DNA from: Candidatus Poribacteria bacterium
Lineage (GTDB): Bacteria > Poribacteria > WGA-4E > PCPOR2b
DNA length: 64,000 nt
NCBI GenBank assembly: GCA_965198175.1
Contig: OZ240245.1
Coordinates: forward strand, 4,672,001 to 4,736,000
Direction of reading: 5' to 3'
Shown: one piece after another, positions 8,803 through 18,200 of the stretch
Position numbering within the stretch: the first letter of the stretch is position 1
Layout of the letters: every line of letters begins with the position of its first letter
Made by a program: the position numbers and the translations under genes
Notes under the pieces: model-generated
Databases searched by the model: none
What the model saw: the letters and a program-made list of their open reading frames with translations, nothing else
Told to the model about the DNA's origin: nothing

Positions 8803-10185
8803 ATGACCAAATCCGACCCGAAAAACTTGCCCGCCGCGATGGGCGGAACACCCATCTTTGAATCAGCGTCCACCTCGGCTTATCCGAAAGTTGAACAGTG
8901 GCGACAGATCACTGAAGCTGAAGCGCAAATCGCCTATGAAATGACGCTGCGCAACGAGCTTTCCGGCGCATCTCCGGTGGTTCAGGCGTTTGAGCAGATG
9001 TGGCGTGAACGGCATCACACCGAATTTGCGATAAGTCTTATCAACGGTACCGCAGCAATTCACAGCGCCATGTTCGGTCTCGGGGTTGGTCCAGGCGACG
9101 AAGTCATCTGCCCGACCTATACGTGGATATGTTCGATCACGCCTGCACTGATGCTGATGGCGAAGCCGGTCTTTTGCGAGATTGACCCGCGAACCTTGCT
9201 GATTGACGTGGCGGATGTTCGCCGGCGCGTCACCGAGCGGACGAAAGCGATTGTGGCTGTCCATCTGTGGGGGAACGTCTGTGATATGGATGCGCTGATG
9301 GCGCTGAGCGATGAGACCGGGGTCCCAGTGATAGAGGATTGTTCGCACGCACATGGCGCGAACTACAAAGGCGAGCCGTGCGGAAGCATCGGACACGTCG
9401 GCGCCTGGAGTCTACAGGGTAGCAAACCGGTGAGCGCCGGCGAAGGCGGTGTGTTGGCGACCAACGACCCCGCGGTGTTTGAGCGTGCCTGTCTACTTGG
9501 TCAGGTGAACCGTTCCGTCAAAATTGAGGGAGGAAACCCCAAATATAAGCATCTTCCCCCGATGGGGCTTGGAGTGAAATATCGCGCGCACCCGATCGCT
9601 ATCGGTATCGCATCGGTGCAGATGGAGAAACTGGATGCACTGAACGCGAAGCGCCGCGCCTACATTCAAGAGGTGTCAAACGGATTGAAATCAGTTCCGG
9701 GGGTGAGCGCTATTGAGACGTACGCGGGGACAGAACCGGCGGGTTTCTTTGGCTTCCCGATTCATTACGACCCAGCGGAGATGAGCGGGTTACCGGCACC
9801 TGTCTTTGCAGATGCGCTCCGAAAAGAGGGGGTTCTTGCGAACAATAACCCATATCCACTGTTGGTCGGCGATGGGGTGCCAATCTTCTCAGGAAGTTTG
9901 CCAACCAACGACAATCCGTATCCGCTGCTTCACAACCTGCCGCTGTTTACGGAAGGGCTCGATATTTATACGGAGGGACGTGGTCCATTGTGTACGCCTG
10001 AAATGGGTGGAGATTACCGCGGCTATGCCAACGGGGATTTGCCTGTAAGCGAAGAAGCCTGCTCACGTTTGGTGTTCCTGCCGGTTTTGACTGATCCGAT
10101 TCCCCACGCCGCGGAGCGCGTCATCGCGGCCATCCGTAAAGTTGCGCTTCATGCCGAAATGCTCGCAAAATGTAATGCGGCTTGA
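8803..10185 (+). CDS. DegT/DnrJ/EryC1/StrS PLP-dependent aminotransferase
   Basis: NGTAAIH, GDEVICP, IEDCSHAHG and SLQGSK...GEGG motifs. Confidence 0.92.
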   Translation: MTKSDPKNLPAAMGGTPIFESASTSAYPKVEQWRQITEAEAQIAYEMTLRNELSGASPVVQAFEQMWRERHHTEFAISLINGTAAIHSAMFGLGVGPGDEVICPTYTWICSITPALMLMAKPVFCEIDPRTLLIDVADVRRRVTERTKAIVAVHLWGNVCDMDALMALSDETGVPVIEDCSHAHGANYKGEPCGSIGHVGAWSLQGSKPVSAGEGGVLATNDPAVFERACLLGQVNRSVKIEGGNPKYKHLPPMGLGVKYRAHPIAIGIASVQMEKLDALNAKRRAYIQEVSNGLKSVPGVSAIETYAGTEPAGFFGFPIHYDPAEMSGLPAPVFADALRKEGVLANNNPYPLLVGDGVPIFSGSLPTNDNPYPLLHNLPLFTEGLDIYTEGRGPLCTPEMGGDYRGYANGDLPVSEEACSRLVFLPVLTDPIPHAAERVIAAIRKVALHAEMLAKCNAA

Positions 10186-10186
10186 C

Positions 10187-11842
10187 ATGTCGACCGAATT
10201 TTCAGCCCGAACTCGGGCTCACAACATCAAACGCTTAACAAGCGAGCCGCTTGACATCTTGGTCATCGGCGGCGGAATCGTGGGTGCGGGTCTGATTCGC
10301 GACCTCGCTTTAAACGGGCATTTCAAGGCAGGATTGATTGAAAAGGGCGACTTTGCCAGCGGTACAAGCAGCGCAACTTCCCAACTGGTCCATGGCGGGT
10401 TTCGATACCTCATCAAGCGGGACTTTGCGCTGATAAAGGAAGCGCGGCGCGAGCGAGAGATTCTACTGCGTATCGCGCCGAATCTCGTCAAGCCGATACC
10501 GATTGCCATCCTCAATTATAAGGGGGATCCGTATCCGCTCTCCGGTATGCAGATCGCGGCGCGGTATTATAATCATCTCTCTAAATCTGATGAGGCTGAG
10601 CGGGCGTGCACATTCCGTGATTTGGCGCAGATCCGGCGTTTGGTCGGACCCATTGAGACGAACTCGTTAAAAGGGTGCGTCGTCGTTTGGGATAGCATGG
10701 TCGATGATGCACGATTAACCCTGCTGACCCTTAAGGATGCGCATCAGCACGGGGCGGTTATCACCAACTACGTTCGCTTTCTCGAATCCGTTGCTCAGCC
10801 CAATACGTCCAGCGACAGACATACCGTGCAAGTTGAAGATGCTATCTCCGGCGAACAGTTTGAGATTGTCGCGCGGAAGATTGTGTCGGCAACGGGTCCC
10901 TGGACAGACCAGCTCTGGGCGAAGGATTCTACTTACAACGGTGTGCCGAGGTTGACAACCCAGAAGGCGAAGGGGATTCACATCCTATTGCCCCGCTTGA
11001 ACCCAAACCACTACGGCATCGCTACGTTTACACGGTCGGAAAAGCGACAGAATGAGAAGCCTCGCATTGTCTTTACCCTTTCCTACGACGCGAATTTGTC
11101 TGCGGTTGGCACCACTGAATCTGAACCTGGGGAAAATCTTGACTCGGTTCGTCCCTCTAGTGATGAAGTGGACTATCTGCTGTCAGAAACGGCTCGAGTT
11201 TTTCCAACGGCAACCTTAAACCGCGGGGACATTGTTTCAGCGTATGCGGGAGTGCGTCCTCTCATTGCCTCGAAAAACGGCGATTTTGTCTCACGGGAAC
11301 ACTTGATTGCCGAGAGCAGTAGTGGCGTGATGTATATCTACGGCGGAAAATTGACCACGCACCGACAGATTGCTGAAGAAGCTGTCAACCGTATAGCGGA
11401 AGAACTTCAGCGTCCACGTCGCTGCAAAACTGGAACGCACCCGTTGCGAAATGGTGAGGGGGTGGCGCGGAAGACTGGCGCGCTTACGGATGCCGACCGG
11501 GAACGGATCATCCACCGCTATGATGCGGAAGCGGACGTAATTCAGACTTTCATAGACCAGGACCCAACACTTGCAGAACCGATGACGGAATCGTCGGTGT
11601 TCTTGAAGGCAGAGGTGCTCTATGCCTTTTGGGGAGAAATGGCGATGACACTCGACGACCTGCTCTGGCGGCGGATGCGCATCGGTCTGACGGCAGGACA
11701 AGGCATTGATGTCGCACCGAAAATCGCCCAGTTTCTCGTTGAGAGAGGGCATTGGGACGAGACTAGGGGCGCCGCTGAAGTAGACGGCTATACGCAGCAC
11801 ATCCTGGAGTTGAACGCTGAATTAAAAGAGGGCGAACTGTGA
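10187..11842 (+). CDS. glpD: FAD-dependent glycerol-3-phosphate dehydrogenase/oxidase family protein
   Basis: GGGIVGAG, DFASGTSSATSQLVHGGFRY, YAGVRPL and GGKLTT motifs; ATG 1 nt after the upstream stop. Confidence 0.85.
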   Translation: MSTEFSARTRAHNIKRLTSEPLDILVIGGGIVGAGLIRDLALNGHFKAGLIEKGDFASGTSSATSQLVHGGFRYLIKRDFALIKEARREREILLRIAPNLVKPIPIAILNYKGDPYPLSGMQIAARYYNHLSKSDEAERACTFRDLAQIRRLVGPIETNSLKGCVVVWDSMVDDARLTLLTLKDAHQHGAVITNYVRFLESVAQPNTSSDRHTVQVEDAISGEQFEIVARKIVSATGPWTDQLWAKDSTYNGVPRLTTQKAKGIHILLPRLNPNHYGIATFTRSEKRQNEKPRIVFTLSYDANLSAVGTTESEPGENLDSVRPSSDEVDYLLSETARVFPTATLNRGDIVSAYAGVRPLIASKNGDFVSREHLIAESSSGVMYIYGGKLTTHRQIAEEAVNRIAEELQRPRRCKTGTHPLRNGEGVARKTGALTDADRERIIHRYDAEADVIQTFIDQDPTLAEPMTESSVFLKAEVLYAFWGEMAMTLDDLLWRRMRIGLTAGQGIDVAPKIAQFLVERGHWDETRGAAEVDGYTQHILELNAELKEGEL

Positions 11843-11874
11843 TTTTGTTGAAGAGATTTCCTTTTCAAATATCC

Positions 11875-11903
11875 TTGTCACGTCATCTAGGCTGTGGTAT
11901 AAT
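11875..11903 (+). promoter_or_regulatory. Sigma70 promoter of the ferredoxin fusion gene
   Basis: TTGTCA-17-TATAAT with extended TG. Confidence 0.75.
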
Positions 11904-11952
11904 TTGATGGAGAATGCCAGAGTAATCGGTTGCGTCTAAGGAGAGATGGAAA

Positions 11953-13194
11953 ATGGCGTATGTAATTTGTGAGCCCTGTATTGATGTCATGGATACGGCT
12001 TGTGTTGACGTATGTCCTGTGGACTGTATTCATACCACCGAAGGGGAGAAACAACTCTATATTAATCCCGCCGAGTGTATTGACTGCGGTGCATGTGAGC
12101 CCGCATGCCCTGTCACCGCGATATTTATGATTGATGAGGTGCCCGCTGAATGGACATCCTACAATGAATTAAACATGAACTTTTTTGAGACATTTGTTAA
12201 ACCGGGGGCGGGCGAAGGAGAAGGGCACGGCGGAACAGCACAAGGGCAAGAAGATAAAACGTTTAGAGCTTCCGATGTTGAAGAGTTTGTTCAAATGCTC
12301 GATTCACCGAAATCATCGATTCGCGCTCCTTTGCGCATGCATGTCATGTTTTCGCAACCTTTGTTGGGAGCGTTATCGGCGAAATTCAAGAGTGACTTGG
12401 AGAAGTTGGCGTCCAACCCGAAGGTGTTCAGTGCGTCGGTTTCAACGGGGATCAACAGCTTGATTAATCTGGCGATTTACCCGCTTGCGCTTTTTATTGT
12501 TGGCGCAACGATCTGGGGCATTGACCTTTTTACAAGCAGAGGGAACTTGTTTATTTTGCTTGGCGTCGCCCTCGCAATTGGGGAAGGGATGTATCGCTTC
12601 AAGGATGTACTTGTTGCGACTGCGAGCGAGGACGAGCCGTGGTATGGCGCCGCATGGTACGGTTGGCTCCCGTCGTTTATTGCGAGTCCATTGTTATCAT
12701 GGCTGCGTCCCGTGATTTCCGTTGAACCTGATGCGCCGCGTTCAAGCCTACCGGGGGCGGTTCTTACGGATGGTAACATCTACGCTGAAGACACGCGAGA
12801 ACGCTATCGTCGCTACGGCATGCTGCATCGATTCAAAGCGTCAGCAGATCGGTATGTTATCGAGGTTGAGTTCCCGCGGTGGGTACCCGATTGTGAATCC
12901 AAGAAGGAGCATAATCTACCGGATTTGATGCCTGATTATGCATATCAGGTCCATCTAGAAGGGAATATCCTGACTGTCGAAGCGAAACTGGAGGATCCTC
13001 GATTTACGGAGGTTCTTGGTCGGGCAAGTTCATTTCCCAACGGATTCAGGAACGCCTTTCAGATTGAGGGGAATCCTGAAAACTTCCGGGATACGTATCG
13101 CGATAAGCTACTTGAAATTATCGTTCCGAAGTCAGGGAAAGTTGAAGATTTGCCGATTGAACATGAAGTTCACTATGCGAAATTAAAGGGTTAG
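11953..13194 (+). CDS. FdxA-type dicluster ferredoxin fused to a membrane region and a probable Hsp20-like domain
   Basis: CxxxxxxxCxxxCP and [12 protein letters not shown] motifs; 2-3 TM helices; C-terminal [32 protein letters not shown]. Confidence 0.75.
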   Translation: MAYVICEPCIDVMDTACVDVCPVDCIHTTEGEKQLYINPAECIDCGACEPACPVTAIFMIDEVPAEWTSYNELNMNFFETFVKPGAGEGEGHGGTAQGQEDKTFRASDVEEFVQMLDSPKSSIRAPLRMHVMFSQPLLGALSAKFKSDLEKLASNPKVFSASVSTGINSLINLAIYPLALFIVGATIWGIDLFTSRGNLFILLGVALAIGEGMYRFKDVLVATASEDEPWYGAAWYGWLPSFIASPLLSWLRPVISVEPDAPRSSLPGAVLTDGNIYAEDTRERYRRYGMLHRFKASADRYVIEVEFPRWVPDCESKKEHNLPDLMPDYAYQVHLEGNILTVEAKLEDPRFTEVLGRASSFPNGFRNAFQIEGNPENFRDTYRDKLLEIIVPKSGKVEDLPIEHEVHYAKLKG

Positions 13195-13215
13195 TTTGAA
13201 ACCGATTTTAACCGG

Positions 13216-13259
13216 AATGCGGAATCTAGGGTACGCCCTGGATTCCGCATTTTTATTTT
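13216..13259 (+). terminator. Intrinsic terminator
   Basis: AATGCGGAATCTAGGG/CCCTGGATTCCGCATT stem followed by a T tract. Confidence 0.85.
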
Positions 13260-13296
13260 AAGTCGTAGGCATTATTAAGTCGAGCCACAACTTGAG

Positions 13297-14664
13297 ATGT
13301 TGGACAAGCAGACACTTATAGATTGGGACAGACGTTATCTTTGGCACCCCTTCACCCAAATGCAAGATTGGCTGGCGGAAGAGCCGGTCATCATCGAGCG
13401 AGGAGAAGGGGTCTTCCTAATTGATACGGAAGGCAATCGCTACATTGATGGAGTTGCTTCGATGTGGACGAATGTCCACGGTCATAACCGGCAAGAAATC
13501 AACGATGCAATCAAAGCACAAATAGATAAGATTGCACACACCACGCTGTTAGGGTACTCCAACATCCCCGCCATTAAATTGGCAAAAAAATTAGTGGAGA
13601 TTACGCCGCAGGGTTTAGAAAAGGTCTTCTATTCGGATAATGGCGCCACATCGGTAGAGATTGCCTTAAAGATTGCGTATCAATACTGGCGGCACAAGGG
13701 TGAGCCTGAGCGCAAGATATTCGTGAATTTGGATAGCGCGTACCACGGTGACACCGTGGGCGCAATGAGTGTTGGCTGTATTGATGTGTTCCACCGCACG
13801 TTTGATGGTCTTCTTTTTGAAACGGTTCGTATTCCGGCGCCGTATGCCTATCGATCTCCGGTCGGAGACCAGCCTGAAGCCGTGAGAGACTATTGCCTGC
13901 GTGAACTGAGGAAAGTCTTACATGAATATGATCGACAGGTTGCCGGGATAATTATAGAGCCGTTGATCCAAGGCGCCGGTGGCATGATTACCGCGCCTGA
14001 GGGGTTTCTGAAGGGTGTGGAAGCGCTGGCAAGGAAATCCAACACGCTACTCATTCTGGATGAAGTGATGACCGGCATTGGACGCACAGGGCGGATGTGG
14101 GCGTGCGAACATGAAGATGTCGTCCCAGATATTCTTTGTACAGCGAAAGGGTTGTCGGCAGGATATCTCCCTTTGGCAGCAACCCTCACAACCGATGAGA
14201 TTTACAACGCCTTCCTTGGAGCGTACAAAGATCTCAAGACCTTCTTTCACGGACATACGTTCACCGGTAACCAATTGGGGTGCGCCGCCGCGTACGCCAA
14301 CATAGAGATTTTTGAAAAAGAGGGTCTTCTCGAAAAAATACAGCGCACGATTGTACACTTCAAGAGTCGTCTCAAGGAATTTTACAGCCTTGACCATGTC
14401 GGAGATGTTCGTATTTGTGGGTTGGTTGCCGGCGTAGAGTTGGTGCGAGATAAAGAGACAAAGGAAGCGTACGCACTCGAAGAAAAGGTAGGCGCTCAAG
14501 TTTGCAAAGAAGCGTTGAATCGCGGCGTGATGCTTCGTCCAATCGTCAATACGATTGTGCTGATTCCCCCCTTGCAAATCTCCATTTCCGAACTGGATCA
14601 ACTTCTCAACGTCGTGTACACATCGATCGAAAATGTGACGAGTGGATCTCTCCTGGGCTGTTGA
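13297..14664 (+). CDS. bioA: Adenosylmethionine-8-amino-7-oxononanoate aminotransferase
   Basis: WHPFTQM, AYHGDTVGAMSV, EPLIQGAGGM, DEVMTGIGRTG, AKGLSAGYLP and FFHGHTFTGN motifs. Confidence 0.95.
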   Translation: MLDKQTLIDWDRRYLWHPFTQMQDWLAEEPVIIERGEGVFLIDTEGNRYIDGVASMWTNVHGHNRQEINDAIKAQIDKIAHTTLLGYSNIPAIKLAKKLVEITPQGLEKVFYSDNGATSVEIALKIAYQYWRHKGEPERKIFVNLDSAYHGDTVGAMSVGCIDVFHRTFDGLLFETVRIPAPYAYRSPVGDQPEAVRDYCLRELRKVLHEYDRQVAGIIIEPLIQGAGGMITAPEGFLKGVEALARKSNTLLILDEVMTGIGRTGRMWACEHEDVVPDILCTAKGLSAGYLPLAATLTTDEIYNAFLGAYKDLKTFFHGHTFTGNQLGCAAAYANIEIFEKEGLLEKIQRTIVHFKSRLKEFYSLDHVGDVRICGLVAGVELVRDKETKEAYALEEKVGAQVCKEALNRGVMLRPIVNTIVLIPPLQISISELDQLLNVVYTSIENVTSGSLLGC

Positions 14665-14767
14665 GTTTTTTCAACATCAGAGCCACCGAAGAAGGGCAAT
14701 CGGGACATCGAAGTGGGTGTATTCCTTGAAAATGCGCATATCTGGACCTCCTTCAACCATTTTTTGA

Positions 14768-15736
14768 TTAAGGTTGGTTCAGTAGCATTAACTCCTGCGG
14801 GTGTGGGTCGAGATAAACCTGTTCTCGGAGGTATGCCACATCCAACTTGCGAACATAGTGACGAATGAGCGTTATCGGGACAATCAGCGGCAGGAGTTGC
14901 TGTCGGTAACGGTGAATCAAGCCCGTGAGTTCTTGTCGGTCATCAGGGGTAAGTTCTTTTGAGAAATACCCCGCCAAATTCTGTAAGACGTTCGTGTGAT
15001 TACGAAGTGTCGGTGTACGCCGCATGACGTTGGAGAATCCTTCCAGGTAAGCGGCTGCCAGTGCACCATCATCGGAGGATTGCTGCGGCGTCCCCAGTAA
15101 ACGTCCTAATCGCCGGGTGCCGGTCTGGTTGTGAGCCATCAGCAGAAATTTATGACGCTCGTGGAATCGCGTCAGCGCCGTTCGGGTAACCCCGTTTTCC
15201 GTCGCCAGTTGCCAGCGCTGATAAGCGAAAACGCGGCTGATAAAATTCTCTCGCAGACGTGCGTCCTGCAGCCGTCCCTCCTCTTCAACCGGCAGGTGTG
15301 GGAACAACTTCATCAGTGCGCCAGCAAACAGACCTGTACCGGTACGGTTAGCGATACCTGAAGGCTGATACACCCGCACCCGCTCCATACCGCAACTAGG
15401 GGAATGTTTCTTGAGTACATAGCCGCACAAGTTTTCCCTTCCCAATTCTTCGACCCGTTTTGCAGCGTAGTTCCGCATCCGTTCGGTGTGGTCAACACCG
15501 CTCTTGAACATCAGAAACCGAATATCGTCCCCTTGCTGGACTAATCGAATCGGTTCACGTGGCGTTCCCAACCCCGTCTCCACTTCAGGGCATACCGGCA
15601 CCCACTCTACATAACGCCCGAAGACATCCACAAGAAAAGTATCGCGCTTGTGTCCGCCATCGAACCGTACTTTTTCACCCAGCAGGCAAGTAGACACGCC
15701 GATGCGGACAGGAGGGTAGATATTCTGGTCGTTCAC
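14768..15736 (-). CDS. DUF523 + DUF1722 (YbbK/YbgA) family protein
   Basis: GVSTCLLGEKVRFDGGHK, VCPEVETGL, KKHSPSCG, EEEGRL and YLDPHPQEL motifs. Confidence 0.93.
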   Translation of the reverse strand: MNDQNIYPPVRIGVSTCLLGEKVRFDGGHKRDTFLVDVFGRYVEWVPVCPEVETGLGTPREPIRLVQQGDDIRFLMFKSGVDHTERMRNYAAKRVEELGRENLCGYVLKKHSPSCGMERVRVYQPSGIANRTGTGLFAGALMKLFPHLPVEEEGRLQDARLRENFISRVFAYQRWQLATENGVTRTALTRFHERHKFLLMAHNQTGTRRLGRLLGTPQQSSDDGALAAAYLEGFSNVMRRTPTLRNHTNVLQNLAGYFSKELTPDDRQELTGLIHRYRQQLLPLIVPITLIRHYVRKLDVAYLREQVYLDPHPQELMLLNQP

Positions 15737-15805
15737 GTTAATCAGATGCCCCGATAAGCGGCGGTTTCTGGATAACTGTATGAATCAGGCATCCGCAGGA
15801 GAGGA

Positions 15806-16540
15806 TTACTCACTAAACTCTCGATCGGTCGAGATCATTCCTTTGGATGCGAAATTTCGGACGAGGGTAACGATAGACTGTCGGGCGGTGTCGGCGATTT
15901 GCATCTGTTCAAAAGTCAACCGATTTGTTTCGTCTTCCACGTTAGCGGTTAATTCATCGGACATGCCGTCGAGGAACTTTTGATGCACCTCTTCAGGCGC
16001 ATTGTGAAGTGCGAGCGCAATGGTGCTGGGATCGAGAACCTGCAAAATTGTCTGTATTGCTGAATCATTTAGCGTTGCAAGATCGGCAAATGTGAAGAGC
16101 CGTTCATGGATGTCGTTGACCAAGTTTGGTTGCTTAGCAGCCAACGAATCCAGTAGGCGGTTTTGATCTTCTGTTTTCATTCGCCCCAACAGTTTAACGA
16201 GATTAGATTTTCCATCTCCGAGAACAGTCGTCTGATTCGTCACATTTGCGATGTTATCGATCAAGCGGGCGTGGATTTCCCTCACGCGCTCTGATTCAAC
16301 AATTTCCATCGTTGTAATCTGTTCAGCGACTGCAATCTGCTTGTCAGCCGGAAGATGGACAAGAATCTGGGAGGCGTGGTTGGCGAGAGTTGGAGAAGAC
16401 TGCTGAAGCGTCACCAAGAAAATGGCGACATCTGGCTCAGATTCATCAGCAACGGCACGTAGGACAACCCGTAAATCTGTCTTTTCGAGGAGATTGGTTA
16501 ATTCGTGGACGATCGTTTGTTCTATGGGCGTTTCAGACAA
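15806..16540 (-). CDS. FliG middle/C-terminal domain protein (orphan, degenerate)
   Basis: LFTFADLATLNDSAIQTILQVLD..IALALHNA..V..KFL..MS resembles FliG_C; overlaps the purM stop. Confidence 0.8.
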   Translation of the reverse strand: MSETPIEQTIVHELTNLLEKTDLRVVLRAVADESEPDVAIFLVTLQQSSPTLANHASQILVHLPADKQIAVAEQITTMEIVESERVREIHARLIDNIANVTNQTTVLGDGKSNLVKLLGRMKTEDQNRLLDSLAAKQPNLVNDIHERLFTFADLATLNDSAIQTILQVLDPSTIALALHNAPEEVHQKFLDGMSDELTANVEDETNRLTFEQMQIADTARQSIVTLVRNFASKGMISTDREFSE

Positions 16541-17564
16541 TTTCTACTCCCCTTTCTCCGTGGAGAATTTTGCCGATGAGGAACGGCGATTCACTCATAT
16601 CTCTGAGCGCGGCGATTGCAGTATCGACTTGATTGGGTGGGATGACCAACACTAATCCGATGCCCATATTGAAAACGTTGTACATCTCCGCTTCCTCAAC
16701 GTCTCCGCTTCCTTGGAGAAAGGGGAAGATTGGTGGTATCTCCCATGATTCCTTTCGGATTTCCGCACCGCAATTCTGTGGGAGAATCCGAGCGATGTTA
16801 TCCGATAGTCCACCGCCGGTAATGTGCGCAATTCCCTTGACATCACACTTCTTCCGCAGATTCAGAACCGGTTGCACATAGCTTTTATGGTGCTTGAGCA
16901 GTTCTTCACCGAGTGTCACACCGAGTTCCGAGATAAATTGATCCACGGTATAGTCACAAACATTGAACAGGATTCGCCGAACAAGCGAAAACCCATTCGT
17001 GTGCAATCCGAGTGAGCCCAGTCCAATTAAGCTATCGTCCGGCTGAATGTCGCTTCCCGTAATCAATTGGGAATGCTCGACAACTCCCACTATTGTGCCA
17101 GCGAGGTCGTATTCTCCGTCCGCGTAGAATTCTGGCAACTCTGCCGTTTCCCCACCGATTAACGCGCATCCGGTTTCTCGACATCCGTTTGCGACACCCT
17201 TTACAATCTGCTCGACGACATCAGGGCGGAGTACGCTAGTGCCGATATAGTCCAGAAAAAAGAGCGGTTCAGCGCCTTGGACGAGGATGTCGTTAGCACA
17301 GTGTGCCACAATATCGTACCCCACTGTATCGTGCGCATCCATCATGAAAGCGATTTTGAGCTTAGTGCCAACACTATCTGTGCTTGATACAAGCACGGGC
17401 TTGTTATATTCGGCGAGGGCGAATAGCCCTCCGAAACTTCCAATCTCGCTCAAGACTTCTGGGCGGTATGTTGAACGGCTGAGCGATTTTAGGCGTTTGA
17501 ACGCTTCTGCTTTTGCTTCAAAGGAGACTCCCGCGTCGGCATACGTCAATCTCTGTTTAGTCAT
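16533..17564 (-). CDS. purM: Phosphoribosylformylglycinamidine cyclo-ligase
   Basis: YADAGV, GAEPLFFLDY, GGETAELP, AHITGGG and FNMGIG motifs. Confidence 0.97.
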   Translation of the reverse strand: MTKQRLTYADAGVSFEAKAEAFKRLKSLSRSTYRPEVLSEIGSFGGLFALAEYNKPVLVSSTDSVGTKLKIAFMMDAHDTVGYDIVAHCANDILVQGAEPLFFLDYIGTSVLRPDVVEQIVKGVANGCRETGCALIGGETAELPEFYADGEYDLAGTIVGVVEHSQLITGSDIQPDDSLIGLGSLGLHTNGFSLVRRILFNVCDYTVDQFISELGVTLGEELLKHHKSYVQPVLNLRKKCDVKGIAHITGGGLSDNIARILPQNCGAEIRKESWEIPPIFPFLQGSGDVEEAEMYNVFNMGIGLVLVIPPNQVDTAIAALRDMSESPFLIGKILHGERGVEIV

Positions 17565-18138
17565 CTGAATTATTCGATTTCTTTCGATTTTTCAAGTGCC
17601 GATTGAAGGCTGCGAGACGTCGTCCTTCAATTGCCGACATGATTGACTGCATTTTTAGCAGGGAAACAATCAAAAGCACTGCGCATACTGCAAAAGAGAT
17701 TGCGCTCGCCAAGTTTGCGACATCTCCAGTGGGGGTAGTGGCGTAGATGTCCAACTTCTCAGCTTTCCTGACAATGTACGTCTTTTTATTGTGAGCGTCG
17801 GTGATAGCCCAGGTATTATCTTTCTTCTTAGCCGAAGTGGAACTTTGGGAAAGAAAAATCCCTTTTCTCCGGAACTCCGATCGCAATTCTTCAATTCCCG
17901 TGCCTTTGTCCAAATCACTTTGCAATGCTAGCTTAACGCTAAACAGTGGCGCGGGCGGATTGAAATGTTGAATCAGGAAGATTATAGGTTTGTGCGAGGC
18001 TATACCAATGATTGTGCAGATTACAACGGCATAGAGTGTGTACATTCCCTGAGAGGTGGACACATTCTTTACGAACATGCCCTGGAACGGGAGGGACAAA
18101 TTAGCTTGGTTTTTTCTTGATCTATTCCAGTCTTGCAT
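17557..18138 (-). CDS. Two-TM membrane protein with a ~70 aa soluble module
   Basis: Two hydrophobic segments flank LFSVKLALQSDLD...TYIVRKAEKLDIY; overlaps the purM start; true start may be ATG 18078. Confidence 0.65.
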   Translation of the reverse strand: MQDWNRSRKNQANLSLPFQGMFVKNVSTSQGMYTLYAVVICTIIGIASHKPIIFLIQHFNPPAPLFSVKLALQSDLDKGTGIEELRSEFRRKGIFLSQSSTSAKKKDNTWAITDAHNKKTYIVRKAEKLDIYATTPTGDVANLASAISFAVCAVLLIVSLLKMQSIMSAIEGRRLAAFNRHLKNRKKSNNSDD

Positions 18139-18200
18139 TGAGCTTTTCCATGTGGGGACTCGGCATTAGGTACTGCTAGGGATTCCTTAAGGCTCAATGC

